DNA of 64,000 nt from the human T2T-CHM13v2.0 reference genome, Homo sapiens (GCF_009914755.1 NC_060935.1), one strand, 5' to 3'. Positions 13,131 through 32,704 are shown, counted from the stretch's first letter. Notes: a model not told the origin generated them from the sequence alone. Translations and numbers: made by a program.

Positions 13131-13849
13131 GTTTCCAATACCTATGGAAATTGCCTAGGTTAGTGCTTAGATAATCATCATAATAATAGCAACAATGAAG
13201 ATATTATAATCATAATATATTTATAATTATTATATTATAGCTATTATTAAGCGTGTGTAATAATAATTACAGATTACTATGATTATTTTGTACCTAATTA
13301 TTAGGCACTAAACTAGGTACTTTTCCTACATTGGCTCATTTAATCCTTGTAATAACCCTATGAATCAGAAACTATGATTTTCTCCATTTTGCAGATAAGA
13401 TTAAGTGACTTATCCAAATTGTCTAACTATCAAGTGGTGGAGTTGTACTTTGAAGTGGGTAGGGGAACTTTACTCCAGACTCTGTGTATTTTCTGACACT
13501 CCAGCCTGCTTAGTTTTAGTGGAAGCGTTTTTCCATCTCTCTAATTTGTCCTTTTTTCTCTTTTCTCTCTCCTTTTTCTCCTTCCTTTTCATCCTTGTCT
13601 CAAGGGAATTTCTCGTTTTCTTTCTTTTTTTTTTTTATATTATACTTTAAGTTCTAGGATACATGTGCACAACGTGCAGGTTTGTTACACATGTATACAT
13701 GTGCCATGTTGGCGTGCTGCACCCATTAACTCGTCATTTACATTAGGTATATCTCCTAATGCTATCCCTCCCCCCTCCACCCTCCCCCCACCCCACGACA
13801 GGCCCCAGTGTGTGATGTTCCCCTTCCTGTATCCATGTGTTCTCATCGT

Positions 13850-17999
<4,150 letters not shown>

Positions 18000-18062
18000 T
18001 ATGATGTTGGCTGGTTATTTTCCTCGTTAGTTGATGCGGTTTCTTCCTAGCCTCAATGGTCT

Positions 18063-19076
18063 TTACAATTTGGCATGTTTTTGCAGTGGCTGGTACGGGT
18101 TGTTCCTTTCCTTGTTTAGTGCTTCCTTCAGGAGCTCTTTTATGGCAGGCCTGGTGGTGACAAAATCTCTCAGCATTTGCTTGTCTGTAAAGGATTTTAT
18201 TTCTCCTTCACTTATGAAGCTTAGTTTGGCCAGATAGGAAATTCTGGGTTGAAAATTATTTTCTTTAAGAATTTTGAATATTGGCCCCCACTCTCTTCTG
18301 GCTTGTAGAGTTTCTGCTGAGAGATCTGCTGTTAGTCTGATGGGCTTCCCTTTGTGGGTAACCCGACCTTTCTCTCTGGTTGCCCTTAACATTTTTTCCT
18401 TCATTTCATCTTTGGTGAATCTGACAATTACGTGTCTTGGAGTTGCTCTTCTCGAGGAGTATCTTTGTGGCGTTCTCTGTATTTCCTGAATGTGAATGTT
18501 GGCCTGCCTTGCTAGATTGGGGAAGTTCTCCTGGATAATATCCTGCAGAGTGTTTTCCAACTTGGTTCCATTCTCCCCGTCACTTTCAGGTACACCAATC
18601 AGACGTAGATTTGGTCTTTTCACATAGTCCCATATTTCTTGGAGGCTTTGTTCATTTCTTTTTACTCTTTTTTCTCTAAACTTCTCTTCTTGCTTCATTT
18701 CATTCATTTGATCTTCCATCATTGATACCCTTTCTTCCAGTTGATTGAATCGGCTACTGAAGCTTGTGCATTCGTCACGTAGTTCTCATGCCATGATTTT
18801 CAGCTCTATCAGGTCATTTAAGGACTTCTCTACACTGGTTATTCTAGTTAGCCATTTGTCTAATCTTTTTTCAAGGTTTTTGGCTTCTTTGCATTGGGTT
18901 CTAACTTCCTCCTTCAGCTTGGAGAAGTTTGATCATCTGAAGCCTTCTTCTCTCAACTCGTCAAAGTCATTCTCCATCCAGCTTTGTTCTGTTGCTGGTG
19001 AGGAGCTGTTTCTTTGGAGGGGGAGAGGCACTCTGATTTTTATAATTTTCAGATTTTCTGGTCTGTTTTTTCCCAT
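18063..19076 (-). pseudogene. L1 ORF1p (disrupted N-terminal third; C-terminal 219 codons open)
   Basis: Start ATGGGAAAAAACAG at 19076. ORF track 18063..18722 shows RNEQSLQEIWDYVKRPNLRLIGVPE...ARREWGPIF...QKHAKL. There is no continuous frame from the start. Confidence 0.92.
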
Positions 19077-22024
19077 CTTTGTGGTTTTATCTATCTTTGG
19101 TCTTTGATGATGGTGACGTACAGACGGGGTTTTGGTGTGGATGTCCTTTCTGTTTTGTTAGTTTTCCTAACTGTTAGGACCCTCAGCTGCAGGTCTGTTG
19201 GAGTTTGCTGGAGGTCCACTCCAGACCCTGTTTGCCTGGGTATCAGCAGCAGAGGCTGCAGAACACCGAATATTGCTGAACAGCAAATGTTGCTGTCTGA
19301 TCCTTCCTCTGGAATCTTCATCTCAGAGGGGTGCCGAGCCATGTGAGGTGTCAGTCTGCCCCTACTGGGGCATGCCTTCCAGTTAGGCTACTCGGGGGTC
19401 AGGGACCCACTTGAGAAGGCAGTCTGTCCGTTGTCAGATCTCAAACTCCGTGCTGGGAAAACCACTAGTCTCTTCAAAGCTGGCAGACAGGGACATTTAT
19501 GTCTGCAGAGGTTTCTGCTGCCTTTTTTTCAGCTATGCCCTGCCCCCAGAGGTGGAGTCTACAGAGGCAGGCAGGCCTCCTTGAGCTGCGGTGGGCTCCA
19601 CCCAGTTCGAGCTTCCCTGCCGCTTTGTTTACCTACTCAAGCCTCAGCAATCGTGGGCGCCCCTCCCCCAGCCTTGCTACCGCCTTGCAGTTGGATTTCA
19701 GACTGCAGTTCTAGCAATGAGCAAGGCTCCGTGGGCATGGGACCCTCCATGCCAGGCACGGAATATAATCTCCTGGTGTTCCATTTGCTAAGACCATTGG
19801 AAAAGTGGTATTAGGGTGGGAGTGACCCGATTTTCCAGGTGCTGTCTGTCACAGTTTCCCTTGGCTAGGAAAGGGAATTCCCTGACCCCTTGTGCTTCCC
19901 GGGTGAGGTGATGTCTCGCCCTGCTTCAGCTCACACTCGGTGAGCTGCACCCACTGTCCTGCACCCACTGTCTGACAAGGCCCTGTGAGATGAACCCAGT
20001 ACCTCAGTTGGAAATGCAGAAATCACCTGTCTTCTGCATCACTCATGCTGGGAGCTGTAGACTGGAGCTGTTCCTATTCGGCCATCTTGGAACCGCCCCC
20101 TCTCATTTTCATAATAAGGTTATAGATTCACCTGAAAGGGAATGCAAAAGGAAAGGGGAACACAAATCTGGAAAACTAGCATTTAACTTCACTAATGAGC
20201 AATTAAATGCAAATTAAAATCGAAATGGTATTAATTTAGGCAACAATTTTTACATGAGCAAACCCGAGTCCACAGGGAAGGGGGTTCTTTTTCCTGTGAC
20301 AAGGTAAGTTGGTGCAGCCCTTTTGGCAGGGAACTTGCACTGTGTAATAACAGCTGCAAAAGGCAATTCCATTTAACAGTCATTTAATTCATTTAACACA
20401 CAGCCATAGAGCTGCTTGAGAATTTTTCATAACGCCATGATGGAAATTACCTTCTTCTCATGGGAATTCCATTTAAGAAGGGGTCACATGGTACTATTTA
20501 CTATTCTCCCAACTACCTGTCAATCTGGTATCTCTCCCATGGGGCTCACTGGGAGAAGCCAGCTTCTGCTACAGGGTCACATTAATTACCGTAGCCCTTA
20601 GGATCCTGTCTCCAGAGGACCCAGGTAGAGCTGGAGCCCAAGAACAGTCCCTTCCTGATGTGGGCAGGAAACTCTAGCTTCCTTATTAAGGACACCTCCC
20701 AGCTCTCCAAAGTTGAACAGCCTGACTTTGTCACTGTGATTCACATTCCTCTCATCTCTTCTTGATGACCTGGCTGCCCCGTCACTCTGGCCCCAGGGGA
20801 TACTGTTTTTCCTTTAACATCCTTACTTCATTCTGAGTGCTGCTTCAGAAGGAAGGGGCCCACAGCTCTCTGCCAATGATTTAATTCCAAATACTCTTTT
20901 TTTCATCGCCCCAACCCAGACCCCATCCCCTTCCCAGCAGCCTGGAGGTCCTGAGCAAATGAATTCCTGGTCATGACCTTTCCCTATAGTCTTCCTGGAC
21001 ATGGTCACCTCCACTCTTGATGCCCTCCGGGTCTTGGACAGCACACTTTTAAATCTAAGTACTGTTAGCTCCGCCTGGGCCCAGGGCAGCGGGTGGGGCA
21101 GGGGGTCAGAGAGCACAGGTAGGAAGCATGCTCCTGTGCCCTTCATTGCCTGGTATTGATTTTCTCCCATCCCTCACTCTTCCACTGCCCCATAAAGAAG
21201 TCAGAGTTGTAAAGCTGTCAGGACATTTTCTATGAGACAGGTATGCTGAATGGAAGTGTTGTTAGTGGCTCTTAAAGAAAGAAACCGGGTGGCTCTGTGG
21301 TAGTCTCTGGCATTGTTGTGGGCTGTGCATAGAGAATGGGGTTTGGAGAGAGACCTGCACTGTCAAGGATGTGGTTGCTGATGTTTCTAGAGATGAGGGA
21401 ACACCGTGGCTAATTCCTTCCCTCAGTAAGTAGCACGACACACAAAGGAGCTGCTGCACTGCTTCAGTTTCCCAAGATGAGGGTGAAAGCTCAGTGTAAC
21501 TTAAAGTTTCTGCACCTCCATGGATGCATCTGTAGTCCAAGAGAGAGAGAAGGACGGAAGAGCTGAAGGTATTTATACCTTACAGAATCCATGCATCAAG
21601 GGAAACACATTGTCCACCTTGCAGGATGTTGCAAAGGTGTTTTGTTTGCTGTAACACTCTCTAATCAAAATCCACCTCTGCCATTTACTAGCTCTATGGC
21701 ATCAGGCAAGGTACACAAGCTTTCTGAGCCTCAGTTTTCTCATCCCTCAAAATGGGGCTATTTAATACCTACTTGCAGAGATGCTGTAAATATAAAAGTA
21801 GAATCCTATAAAATAATCTAATGTCTTGCATATATATATATATATACCTTTTTTCAATAAATACTTCCTTTGTTTTTCAATTGTTGGCCAGAGCCCTTAA
21901 CCCAATATCGGTGTGACTGTTAATGTTTTAACAGGGGCTTATGGATCTGTTCCAGGACTTGGTGGCTTCCTGGTTTAACAAAGCCCTCTAATGGCTAATA
22001 AAAATAATAATAATAAAAATTAGA

Positions 22025-22333
<309 letters not shown>

Positions 22334-22498
22334 TTAGAGTAGAAGGCAGAATACCACAACAACTAAAGGAGGAGATTGATAGCCATTAATAATGTTGACC
22401 TCAGATGAGTGACGGAGTTTGGTTGCTCATCTTCACAACACAGTGTTTATGAAAGGGCTGAGCAAAGTGCCTGACCTAGAGCAAGCATGCAACAAGTG

Positions 22499-23362
<864 letters not shown>

Positions 23363-24556
23363 AACTGGTAGACTCTCTTTTAAAAATTACTTTACTTTAT
23401 TGTAGAATAATAGGAGAGAATCGTGCCAGATGAGACTCCACCACCCTGGCCCATGAGAAGGGCCATATAGACAAGACATTGGTTCATCTGAAATCAACTG
23501 ACTGCTACCCAATAAAATAAAACACCATTCTCCCAATTCCAATACATTCTCCTGAGGAAATATCCACATGCAACCTGGTGAAGCACATCCTAGGAGTAGG
23601 CATTTCAAGGGGCACTGCTGGCTGGAGAAAGTGCAGGCTGATTCATCCTGTGGTTGGAAGCAGGAAACAAATGTCCTGGGATAATATTTTGAAATAGGAG
23701 CGTGTCCCTTCCCCCATCCCCAAGAGCTGACCTTCCCCTGCTCAAACTAAATGATTCTGAGTTCCTTATCTCAGGAATGGGATGAACCCCAGAAAGGGAG
23801 AAAAGAGGAGCTTTTCTGCTTTTGATGTTCAGTAAGCCAGCCTTCAGAGGCAACAGGGAGAAATCTGGGCTTAAGCAATAGTTTGAGAAAAAAGCTGATG
23901 AGTAAGAAGCAGGTTCCACCTTCCCTGGGGTGAAGGAAGGGGAAAGTCAGAAAGAAACAGTTGAGTGCATAGACTTGTGAATCTCTGAAGAAGGGGGATT
24001 GTTTATCCTTCAGTCAGGCTGAGCTCAGGGCAAGGCAGATTCTTCAGAAAAGAGCATGGAAGTGCATATCTTGTTTCCTGTGTGGAACCAAAAAAGGTAG
24101 CAAGAGCTCAGAAAAGAAGTGCATAGTGTACAGAGAGGGGCTTCAACAGCTCCTCGAAGATTCCCACAGTCCAATGGGGGCATAACAGTGGCAGAAAGGT
24201 TGAGTGCACTACATTAGGACAGAAAGAGAGTGAAGAGGAGGCCAGACCTCAAAGGGACCACACAGACCCTCACTGAAGAGCCAGGACATCTCTACAAATG
24301 TCATCATGGAGAGATGATGATCCAGAGCAGATAATGGTTCTGTAACCCTGCAACTTGGATGGAACTCCAGAAAAGTGACAGCGGGGGGCAACTAAAAATT
24401 AAGTCTCAATTTTTACCATCCAGCAAGAAGGAGTAGGGGGCTTTCAATGAAAATTAAACTGCAAAACTAGTTTTTAAATTGAGATTTATATTCATTGAAT
24501 AAATAGTCTACTTCTGGGAAACCCAAGGAGAGGTAGGTTTTCAGAAGGAAAGGGAC

Positions 24557-25020
24557 TGCGGTGGATCATGAGACAGGAATGGCCCCCAATGATATACACT
24601 TCCCTTATTCATACCCTCATTTTACCTACTTTCTCATTGCTTCCATGTAATTTGGGACAATGGAGCATTAGCAAATGGGAGGCAAGCTGAGGCTTGAGCT
24701 GGCACTTGGTGCTTTCCCTCTGTCTTGCTGCTTTTGGAAACTATCCACCGTGGGAAGAAGCCTGGGCTATCCTTCTGAAAATACGTGGCCCAGCCAATAG
24801 CCAGCACCAACTTGTAAATGAAGCCATTTCTGACCTTCCAGTCACAGAAAGTTGCCAGATGGTGTTAGCTACACAAGCGACCCCAGGCAAAACCAGCATA
24901 AGAACCACCTACTTGAGCTCAGCCTAAGTTGCTGGCCCATAGAATCATGAGTAATGAAAATAGTTGTTAGACTGCCATATTAAGTGGTGGTTGATTATAC
25001 TGCAAAAAATAACTAATAAA
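24557..25020 (+). mobile_element. MaLR LTR (MLT1G/H-like)
   Basis: AATGGCCCCCAATGAT...CCCATAGAATCATGAG...AAATAACTAATA, typical MLT1 blocks. Confidence 0.6.
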
Positions 25021-26662
25021 GGGCACACAGGGAAAACATCTTAGTGAAACATGTGATATCCTGAGCTCCAATTAGTATAGCTCAATGCAAATGAATTGGC
25101 CAAATGAACCAATAACTGCCCATCTATTTTGAATCAGACACTTATATTTCATTTGATTTGTACACTGACCCTGTGAAGTGAGATTTATTATAGGTAAGAT
25201 AACTCAGGCCAAATAAGTTTTGTTAAAAGCCACAGGTTTTCTACAGAATCCAATCTGTGTTTTTATAATGTGTCCTTATCTCTTCTAGCACCCTGCAGCA
25301 CTTACTGTCAGGGTGGAACCAGACACTTTGATGGGACCCAGCATGCATTATAGTGAAGTCCCTTTTCTTTCTTGTTCTTTTTAAGACTCAATCTCAAATC
25401 TGCAACCTACCTACCATAAGCCCCTTCTTCTCTCAAAAAAACAGAAGAGTTAGAGGGAAGAAGGAGGGAGGGAAAAGAGCCTTTGTAACACCACTGGGTG
25501 AGAGCTGAAAATCACCATGGAGCTCAGCGATCTCCTATGAGACAAAAGCATTTAATTTCCCGCTGTTTGGACAGCTGAGACTGGCCGCCTTCTCCCTCCA
25601 GCATGCATGCCAGCAGACCAGGGCTGAATCCTAATTCTAAGAAATAAGAGGGGACTTTTCAGGGAAGATTTTCAACAGTAAATAAATAGACACTCTCTAA
25701 TGGCCCAATACTGTCTCTAGGAATACTTGAGAAAATTTTTGGCTCTTTTTTCTATCATTCTTGATTTTTTTCCATCAGGCTCAGAAAGCAGAGTGACATA
25801 AAAGCTGGGTATGTGCTAAGGAGGAGGGGGAGGGAAAGTCTCCAAATAAATCATTTAACTCACAGAGTTTAAGACTGGAAGATTCTCCTGGGCCTTGTAA
25901 GCTATAAAAAAAAGCAGATCTCTGTCAAGAGGCCTTTTCTCTAAAGCAGTTCTGACTCAGCCTATTTGCCCTTGGAAGATGCTGCAGCACCTAAGACATC
26001 CACAGGCCATCAGTCAACACGTGATCTCCTCTCTAGCTATGCTCCCTCTAGAAATGCAGGATCTTTTGCCCCATCCTAAACTCAGAAAAGGGGTTTCATG
26101 TGCAGAACATGGTGGAGAATCCTAGGTCTCTGACTCACAAAAGGATCACCTTGGGCCTGAGCTTCCTCATCTATGAAATGGGGATGGGAATTCATGCCTT
26201 GCTGTATAATTGCAAGGATTCTATGGAGTAATAAAGGTAAGCGTCTGGCATGGTTTCTGTACATCTCGGGTGCTCCTGGTACTGGCTGTCACACAGGTCA
26301 ATAAATATCATTTCCTCCTAATCTTTCCACATGCATAGTTATTGGAAAGCTGGGTGGGCAGCAGGCTATAATTTTTATTTTGCCCAAAAAGGCAGGACCT
26401 TATTTTGTTTATAGAAGGCAGAACCTCTTTGTTCTGCTTGAAACAAACAAACAAACAAAAAACCTCTCCAAAGGCTCTTTTCATCCTCTGCTAAATTGGA
26501 CAATCCAGTCGGTCCCTCTGGAGTGGACTCAGTTGATTGCCTACCCAGCACCCATTTCTCCCCAACTCCCTACCTCCTTTTTATTTCTCCTGCTTTATAG
26601 AACTCTGATTTCATACAGATATATTCATGTTCCTCCCTGGCCATGTGCCTCAAGGAAGGTAA

Positions 26663-27251
<589 letters not shown>

Positions 27252-28300
27252 GTCTAAGCTAATCATAGTATTCAATTTTTTCCACCAGTAATTGATTTAA
27301 ATGTTGTATATGATATATTTCTTCTGGCCAGTAGGACTTAGGAGGTCTGCTGAGGCCTCTGAAAAAGTTTCCTAACTTTTAAAAAGAAGCTCAAAGAATA
27401 TATAGCTCATATAGCTCCTTTACCTTCTGCTGGACATTTTTGGGTCTGGTTATAATGAGCAGACTGTAGTAGCTATCTTGCAACCATGCAAAACTAGCCT
27501 GAAGACAAAGCCAACTCGCCAAAAGATAGACCGAACCTGAATTTTTCATGATGTCAATGAAACACTGGGTTAACAAAGCCTGGGGACATTCTCTGCTATG
27601 AGAGATCATTCACTTGTTCATCCATTCACTGGATTTTGAATGAATAAGTGAACGATCCCTGTGCACCAGCTACTGTCCAAGAAACTGGTGCTGGATTGGT
27701 AAATAAGATGGGCATATTTACTTTACTTATGACACTCACATTCTATTGAACTTAGTGCTTAAGCTACTTTGAGAAGATTTTCTATTACTTGTTGCCAGCG
27801 GCAACCAAACTAATGCACTTAACAAATGCTAAAAGTTGCCAGCATCACTTGGGCCTTCTATGAAATCTAGGAGGGATTTTTTTCCCCTCCATCTGATTCC
27901 TATCTCATTCTCCATACAGACTATTCCAAACCTTCCATGCTTTGCTAAGACCTCTGACCACCAACTCTCTTCTCCAACTTGGCCCTTACTTTTAATCTAC
28001 TGGCCTTCTGTAGTCCCTGATAACACCCTATGCATACATACCAATTTCATTGCATACATCCCATCATATTGGATTGTCTATTGATTTATCTGGGATGACT
28101 GAGTGCAGACATAAACTAACTCTGAGATGACTCAAAAGCTGAAAGATGCAGGGAAGCCACAAGGAGACCACTTCTGGAACAGCATTGCAGGCTGAGGGCC
28201 TGAGAGCTTTCTATTTCCTTTCCCAGGTCCTGTAAGTTTTTGCTATAGCTTTACAGAAAGGACTCATTTGCTTGAACCAGCCCTAAGGATATCTTCATTT

Positions 28301-28805
28301 CATGGGTCAGTAAACTGTGGCCTGAGGGTCAACACCAGCCTTTCACCTCAAAAGCTAAGAATGGTCTTAGCACTTGAAAAAAATCCAAAGAATAACATTT
28401 CACACCCCATGAAAATTCTATGAAATTCAAACTTCAGTATCCACCAATAAATATTTTTTGGAGCACAGCTGCATTTGTTTGCCTGTATATTGCTTATGAC
28501 TGCTCTTACATTACAAAGGCAGAGTTGAGTACTTGCCCCAGAGATCATATGACCCCCAGAGCCTTAGACAGGGGTGTCCAAGGGAGAGAACACCGTCATG
28601 GGTTCTTAGTTTCTGTTTCTGGCTGGTCCAGTGAAGCCCCTTCCTCATCCCTCTTTTCCATTTATCACCAGAGACATAAACTAAAAACCATGGCTTCAGG
28701 CTGCTAAAAGCCTAAAACAAAACAAAACAGAACAACAACAAAATAAAGCAGGTTGAACAAACTTGGGCCCTAAAACATTTATCACCTGAAAAATGTGCTG
28801 ATCTC
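28301..28805. mobile_element. MER58B-like hAT element with a nested MITE
   Basis: CATGGGTCAGTAAACT...GCTAAGAATGGT...ATGAAATTCAAACTTCAGT...GGCAGAGTTGAGTA. Confidence 0.7.
28569..28765. mobile_element. MER107-like hAT MITE (MER30-type termini)
   Basis: CAGGGGTGTCCAAGGGAGAG...GGTTGAACAAACTTG; degenerate 8-bp TSD GCCTTAGA/GCCCTAAA. Confidence 0.7.
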
Positions 28806-29620
28806 TTCTCTGTTTCACACAACACAGAGCCCTGCCTAAAATAAGTACCTTCTGAAATGAGAGATTGTCAGGAGCTTTAAAATAGAGAATGCTTAATAGA
28901 TCAGTTAGTGTGTTACTGACTGGGTCAAGACGGTCAAGACTGGGTTTGATGGAATCATCTTCTGCTCCCAGAAAAATAGTTAGAAGACAAATAGTTAGAA
29001 GAGAAGGAATTTGGATTTAGCTTGGCAAAGAGGATGGCTGGACCAAGAGATAATAAATTCAGGCACTCACTTCTGTAGTAGATTGTTTTCCAAGTATGTT
29101 CTGCTAAGACTTTCCAGCATTTTTGAATAGGGAATGTTGCTACACAAATATAGTTAAGAAGTGCAGTCAGCCCACACTCTACATGTAGCAGAAACAAAAC
29201 AGCAAGCCATGCCTGCACTCTCTGAGCGACTGAGCATCCCCTGTTGAATTTCCATGGTTGATTGAATTCATTAGTTTATTCATATCTTAGAAACATTCAT
29301 TCAATCTGCAAATATATATAAGGAATCATGTAAGGAAGGTTGGAGACCAAACTGAGCTGAGACAGGTAAGAAATGTCAAAATCAACAGAACAGCCTATTA
29401 TCATCTGTCTGGAAGGAGAACACATGCAGATCCCTGAATCTGGCTAACGGAGAGGCTGTAAGGGTGGTGCATGACAGAGAGAAAACAGAAGCGCTCTTCT
29501 ACTGGGCTTTTGTCTTTGTCAAGGAGAATGGTCATTGGACTGGAGAGAGTGAAACCTGTATTGGCACAAGAAACTTGAGTTCAAGAAAAATGATGAGAAA
29601 ACAGCTACTCCCAATGAGGC

Positions 29621-30090
29621 TGTGAAGCAGGTTCACTGTGCAGTAATTACTGACTTGTCTGAGTCTGATGAGACAGAATACCCACATATGCAACAAGTTA
29701 CACGAAGTGGGCTTATGACTTACAAATAGGTAGCAAGGGACAACAGAAGCCTAGGATTCATTGAGAGCTGGGTCCTCAAGGCTCAGGAAAGCTGCCAGGG
29801 AAGACAGAGTTCTGACTGTGTGTGCCTCACTTGCACCACAGCTGAGAGACCCCAAAAGGCAGCCCTCCCTGGGTTATATACCTCAGGGGCAACAAGACAG
29901 ACTGGGCTAAAGTGTTGAAGGACATCTGGTTTCTAGAGGGGGGGTGGGGTGGGTCACTGGAACAGAGCCTAGGCTATAGTGGCCAGTACCTACCCTATCT
30001 CAGGATGTGGCATTCCCAGCAGTTTCTACAGTTATTCTTGATGATTGTAAGCAAGAAATAGGGGAGAACAGAGTAAGTCAAAGTTCCAAC
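29621..30090 (-). mobile_element. ERVL-type LTR (family uncertain)
   Basis: Reverse complement contains CAAGAATAACTGTAGAA...GCTGGGAATGCCACATCCTGAGATAGGG and a TATATAA box, and ends CTTCACA. Confidence 0.55.
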
Positions 30091-30324
30091 CTTCTGGCAG
30101 AGGCCACATCTGGACTAAATAAATTACCTACCTAGTCATGAAGATAAGTTGCCAACAAGATCATTGGCATGTAGACAATGAAACTATGGGGGAATTTAGT
30201 GGTGCCAGAGGTCAGAAAATAGTCAAATAGTATCTTGATTTCTCTATCAGAAGAAGACAGAGTCTTCCAGATTATAGAGCATTTGGGTTGATCCTGGTCC
30301 GAATTCTAGTACAAATGAATCACA

Positions 30325-30800
30325 TTTAGCTATTAGTAATTGAAATCCCAAAAGAGTAGCTTAATCAATTTAGAAGCTTATTTTTCTGATTATATGAGAA
30401 GTTTCAAGTGAGGCATTGCTTTAACTGCTCAAGGATGTCAGGACTGAGATCTCTGAGATTCTCTTGGCCTTTCCCTCATTGTCACTTCATGGTCCCAACA
30501 TGGCTCCTCTATCACCAACCTAAGTGTCCATATTCCAGGCAGAAGAAAGATAAAGGACAAGGGCATAATTGGATGCATCAGCTGTCTCCAGCCTCCCTTT
30601 CCCTTCTGAGGGACTCTCCCCGAGGCTCTATCCGTCAACTTCCTTCTCTTATCTCACTGGTCAAAACTGTGCCAGATGGTCCAGTGGTATCTGAAACAAG
30701 TGGGGAATATAGTGATTTAGCTAGGCACATGGCTCCTCTCCCTGGCCAAGATCAGGAATTTGTTAGTAAGGAAGAAAAGAATTTATATTGAGTACATAAT
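30325..30800 (-). mobile_element. Old MaLR LTR fragment
   Basis: GTAGCTTAATCAA...GCTTATTTTTCT and CTCTTATCTCACTGGTCAAAACTGTG blocks. Confidence 0.45.
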
Positions 30801-31031
30801 TAGCAGTCTCTCTTACAACAGATTTTCCAAGAAACAGTATATATGTATGTTAAAAAAAAAAAAAAAAAAGAATTGATTGCTAGGAACTGCCATGAGTTTG
30901 CAAAGAAACCCCAGCAGATTAACCCACTTTTCTTAAATGAAAATGTTACTAGGCTGATAGAAGAAGGAAATATGGTGGATGTAGTAAATGCATTTATCAA
31001 TTAAGAAAGCAAAGTTACTTGTGATATTCTT

Positions 31032-31327
31032 TTTTCGTTGTTTTGTTTTGTTTTTTTTAATTATTATACTTTAAGTTCTAGGGTGCATATGCACAACATG
31101 CAGGTTTGTTACATATGTATACATGTGCCATGTTGGTGTGCTGCACCCATTAACTTGTCATTTACGTTAGGTATATCTCCTAATGCTCTCCCTCCCCCTC
31201 CCCCCACCCCATGACAGTCTATCATTGATGGGCATTTGGGTTGGTTCCAAGTCTTTGCTATTGTGAATAGTGCCACAATAAGCATAGGTGTGCATGTGTC
31301 TTTATAGCAGCATGATTTATAATCCTC
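31032..31327 (-). mobile_element. 5'-truncated L1PA with an internal deletion
   Basis: L1PA 3' end sequence, T-rich tail, and a perfect 15-bp TSD ACTTGTGATATTCTT (31017-31031, 31328-31342). Confidence 0.9.
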
Positions 31328-32704
31328 ACTTGTGATATTCTTATAGGTAAGATGGAGAAATGTGATCAACCATGACAGAGGAGTAAGGTAGATTTATAAC
31401 TGCTTGAAAGACTATCAAAAGACTGCAGATGAATAGTTAATGTCAGATCTATAAGCTACAGCTATTATTACCACATTGAATTATTTTAATTAATATCAGA
31501 CTTAGGGCAATAACAATATTTTTAAGTGACAGCAGATTCAGTCCTTGTCCCAGTCATGTTCCACATCAATTTCTAGGATGAGGATCTAGTAGACCTTATG
31601 GACTTGAAGATGATGTTAATCTGGATGACAAGTTCAGAATCCAAAATTATCTAGATGGGCAGGAATGGTAGACCAAATAATATTAGTCATCATTTACTGA
31701 ACACCTACTGGATGCCAGATACCATGCTACACACTTTCCATATATAATCTCTTGTCCTCTTAATAACCTTACAAAGTAGGTATTCTTATCGGTTTCATTT
31801 TATAGATGAAACAACCAAGACTCCAAGAGGTTAAATCACTTGCCTAATATCCCATTGATGGAAGTGGAAGAACTAGGAACCCTGCCTAAGTCTATCTACC
31901 TTCAAGACCTATTCTCATTTTTCTACACCTTTCTGCATTCCTCTGCTACTAAATGTAAGTAATTCCTATATTTCAGGAGTAGGCAGAAGATGGGAAGATG
32001 TAGGTAGAATCAGCAAAGTAAGAAAAGAACTTAGAGATTTTAATTGCCTAAAAAGTCTATTAACTTACTTTGAAATGTATCAAAAAAAAGAAGAATATAT
32101 TGTTGCCATGCTGCTATCACCAACACAACAGCAAAATCAGCATGAGAACAGCTCTGGCAGGCAGTTTAATGTTGTGCTGATTGCTAAAAACCAAAAAAGC
32201 TTTCATCAAAATATGAAATTGGCTCCATCCTAAGTGAGATTATAGTGCTAAATCTTGAGAAATATATATCTCACTCCTTTATGAAAAAGAAGGAATAAGG
32301 GACTGATACAGGGACAGATAAACAGATTTGTGACAAAGTGTGTTCACTGTAGAATCTAGTTAGTGGATATATCAGTGTTAATTGTAAAATTCTTTTAACT
32401 CTTCCATAGGTTTGAAATTTTTTCATAATTAAATGAAGGGAAAATCAATGTAAATTGACAGGATGATGTGGCAATGTTTAGTTGGGCAGGATATAGCTTC
32501 TCCCTTCTGGGATAGCACAGCCATACCCTAAAATCTGTTTTCACTTCTGAGTACCAGCCTTTTGCAACGTTGGTAACAAGCTGCAATGTGCCCTTGGGAA
32601 ACAGAACAGAAAGATGATGGGCCCAGAAACCATGCCTAACCTGGAAAAGAGAAGAAAACAGTACAACATGGTAATTCTCAGAAAATATGTAAATGGCTGT
32701 GAAT

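Noticed and set aside
23390-24500. Possible ancient LTR or unannotated exon region
   Set aside because: Could not assign a family or exon structure with confidence from sequence alone.
31210-31225. Splicing as the cause of the L1 internal deletion (GC...AG ends on the + strand)
   Set aside because: The apparent GC-AG is antisense to the L1 RNA and the donor (GCCCCA) is non-consensus; microhomology explains it more simply.
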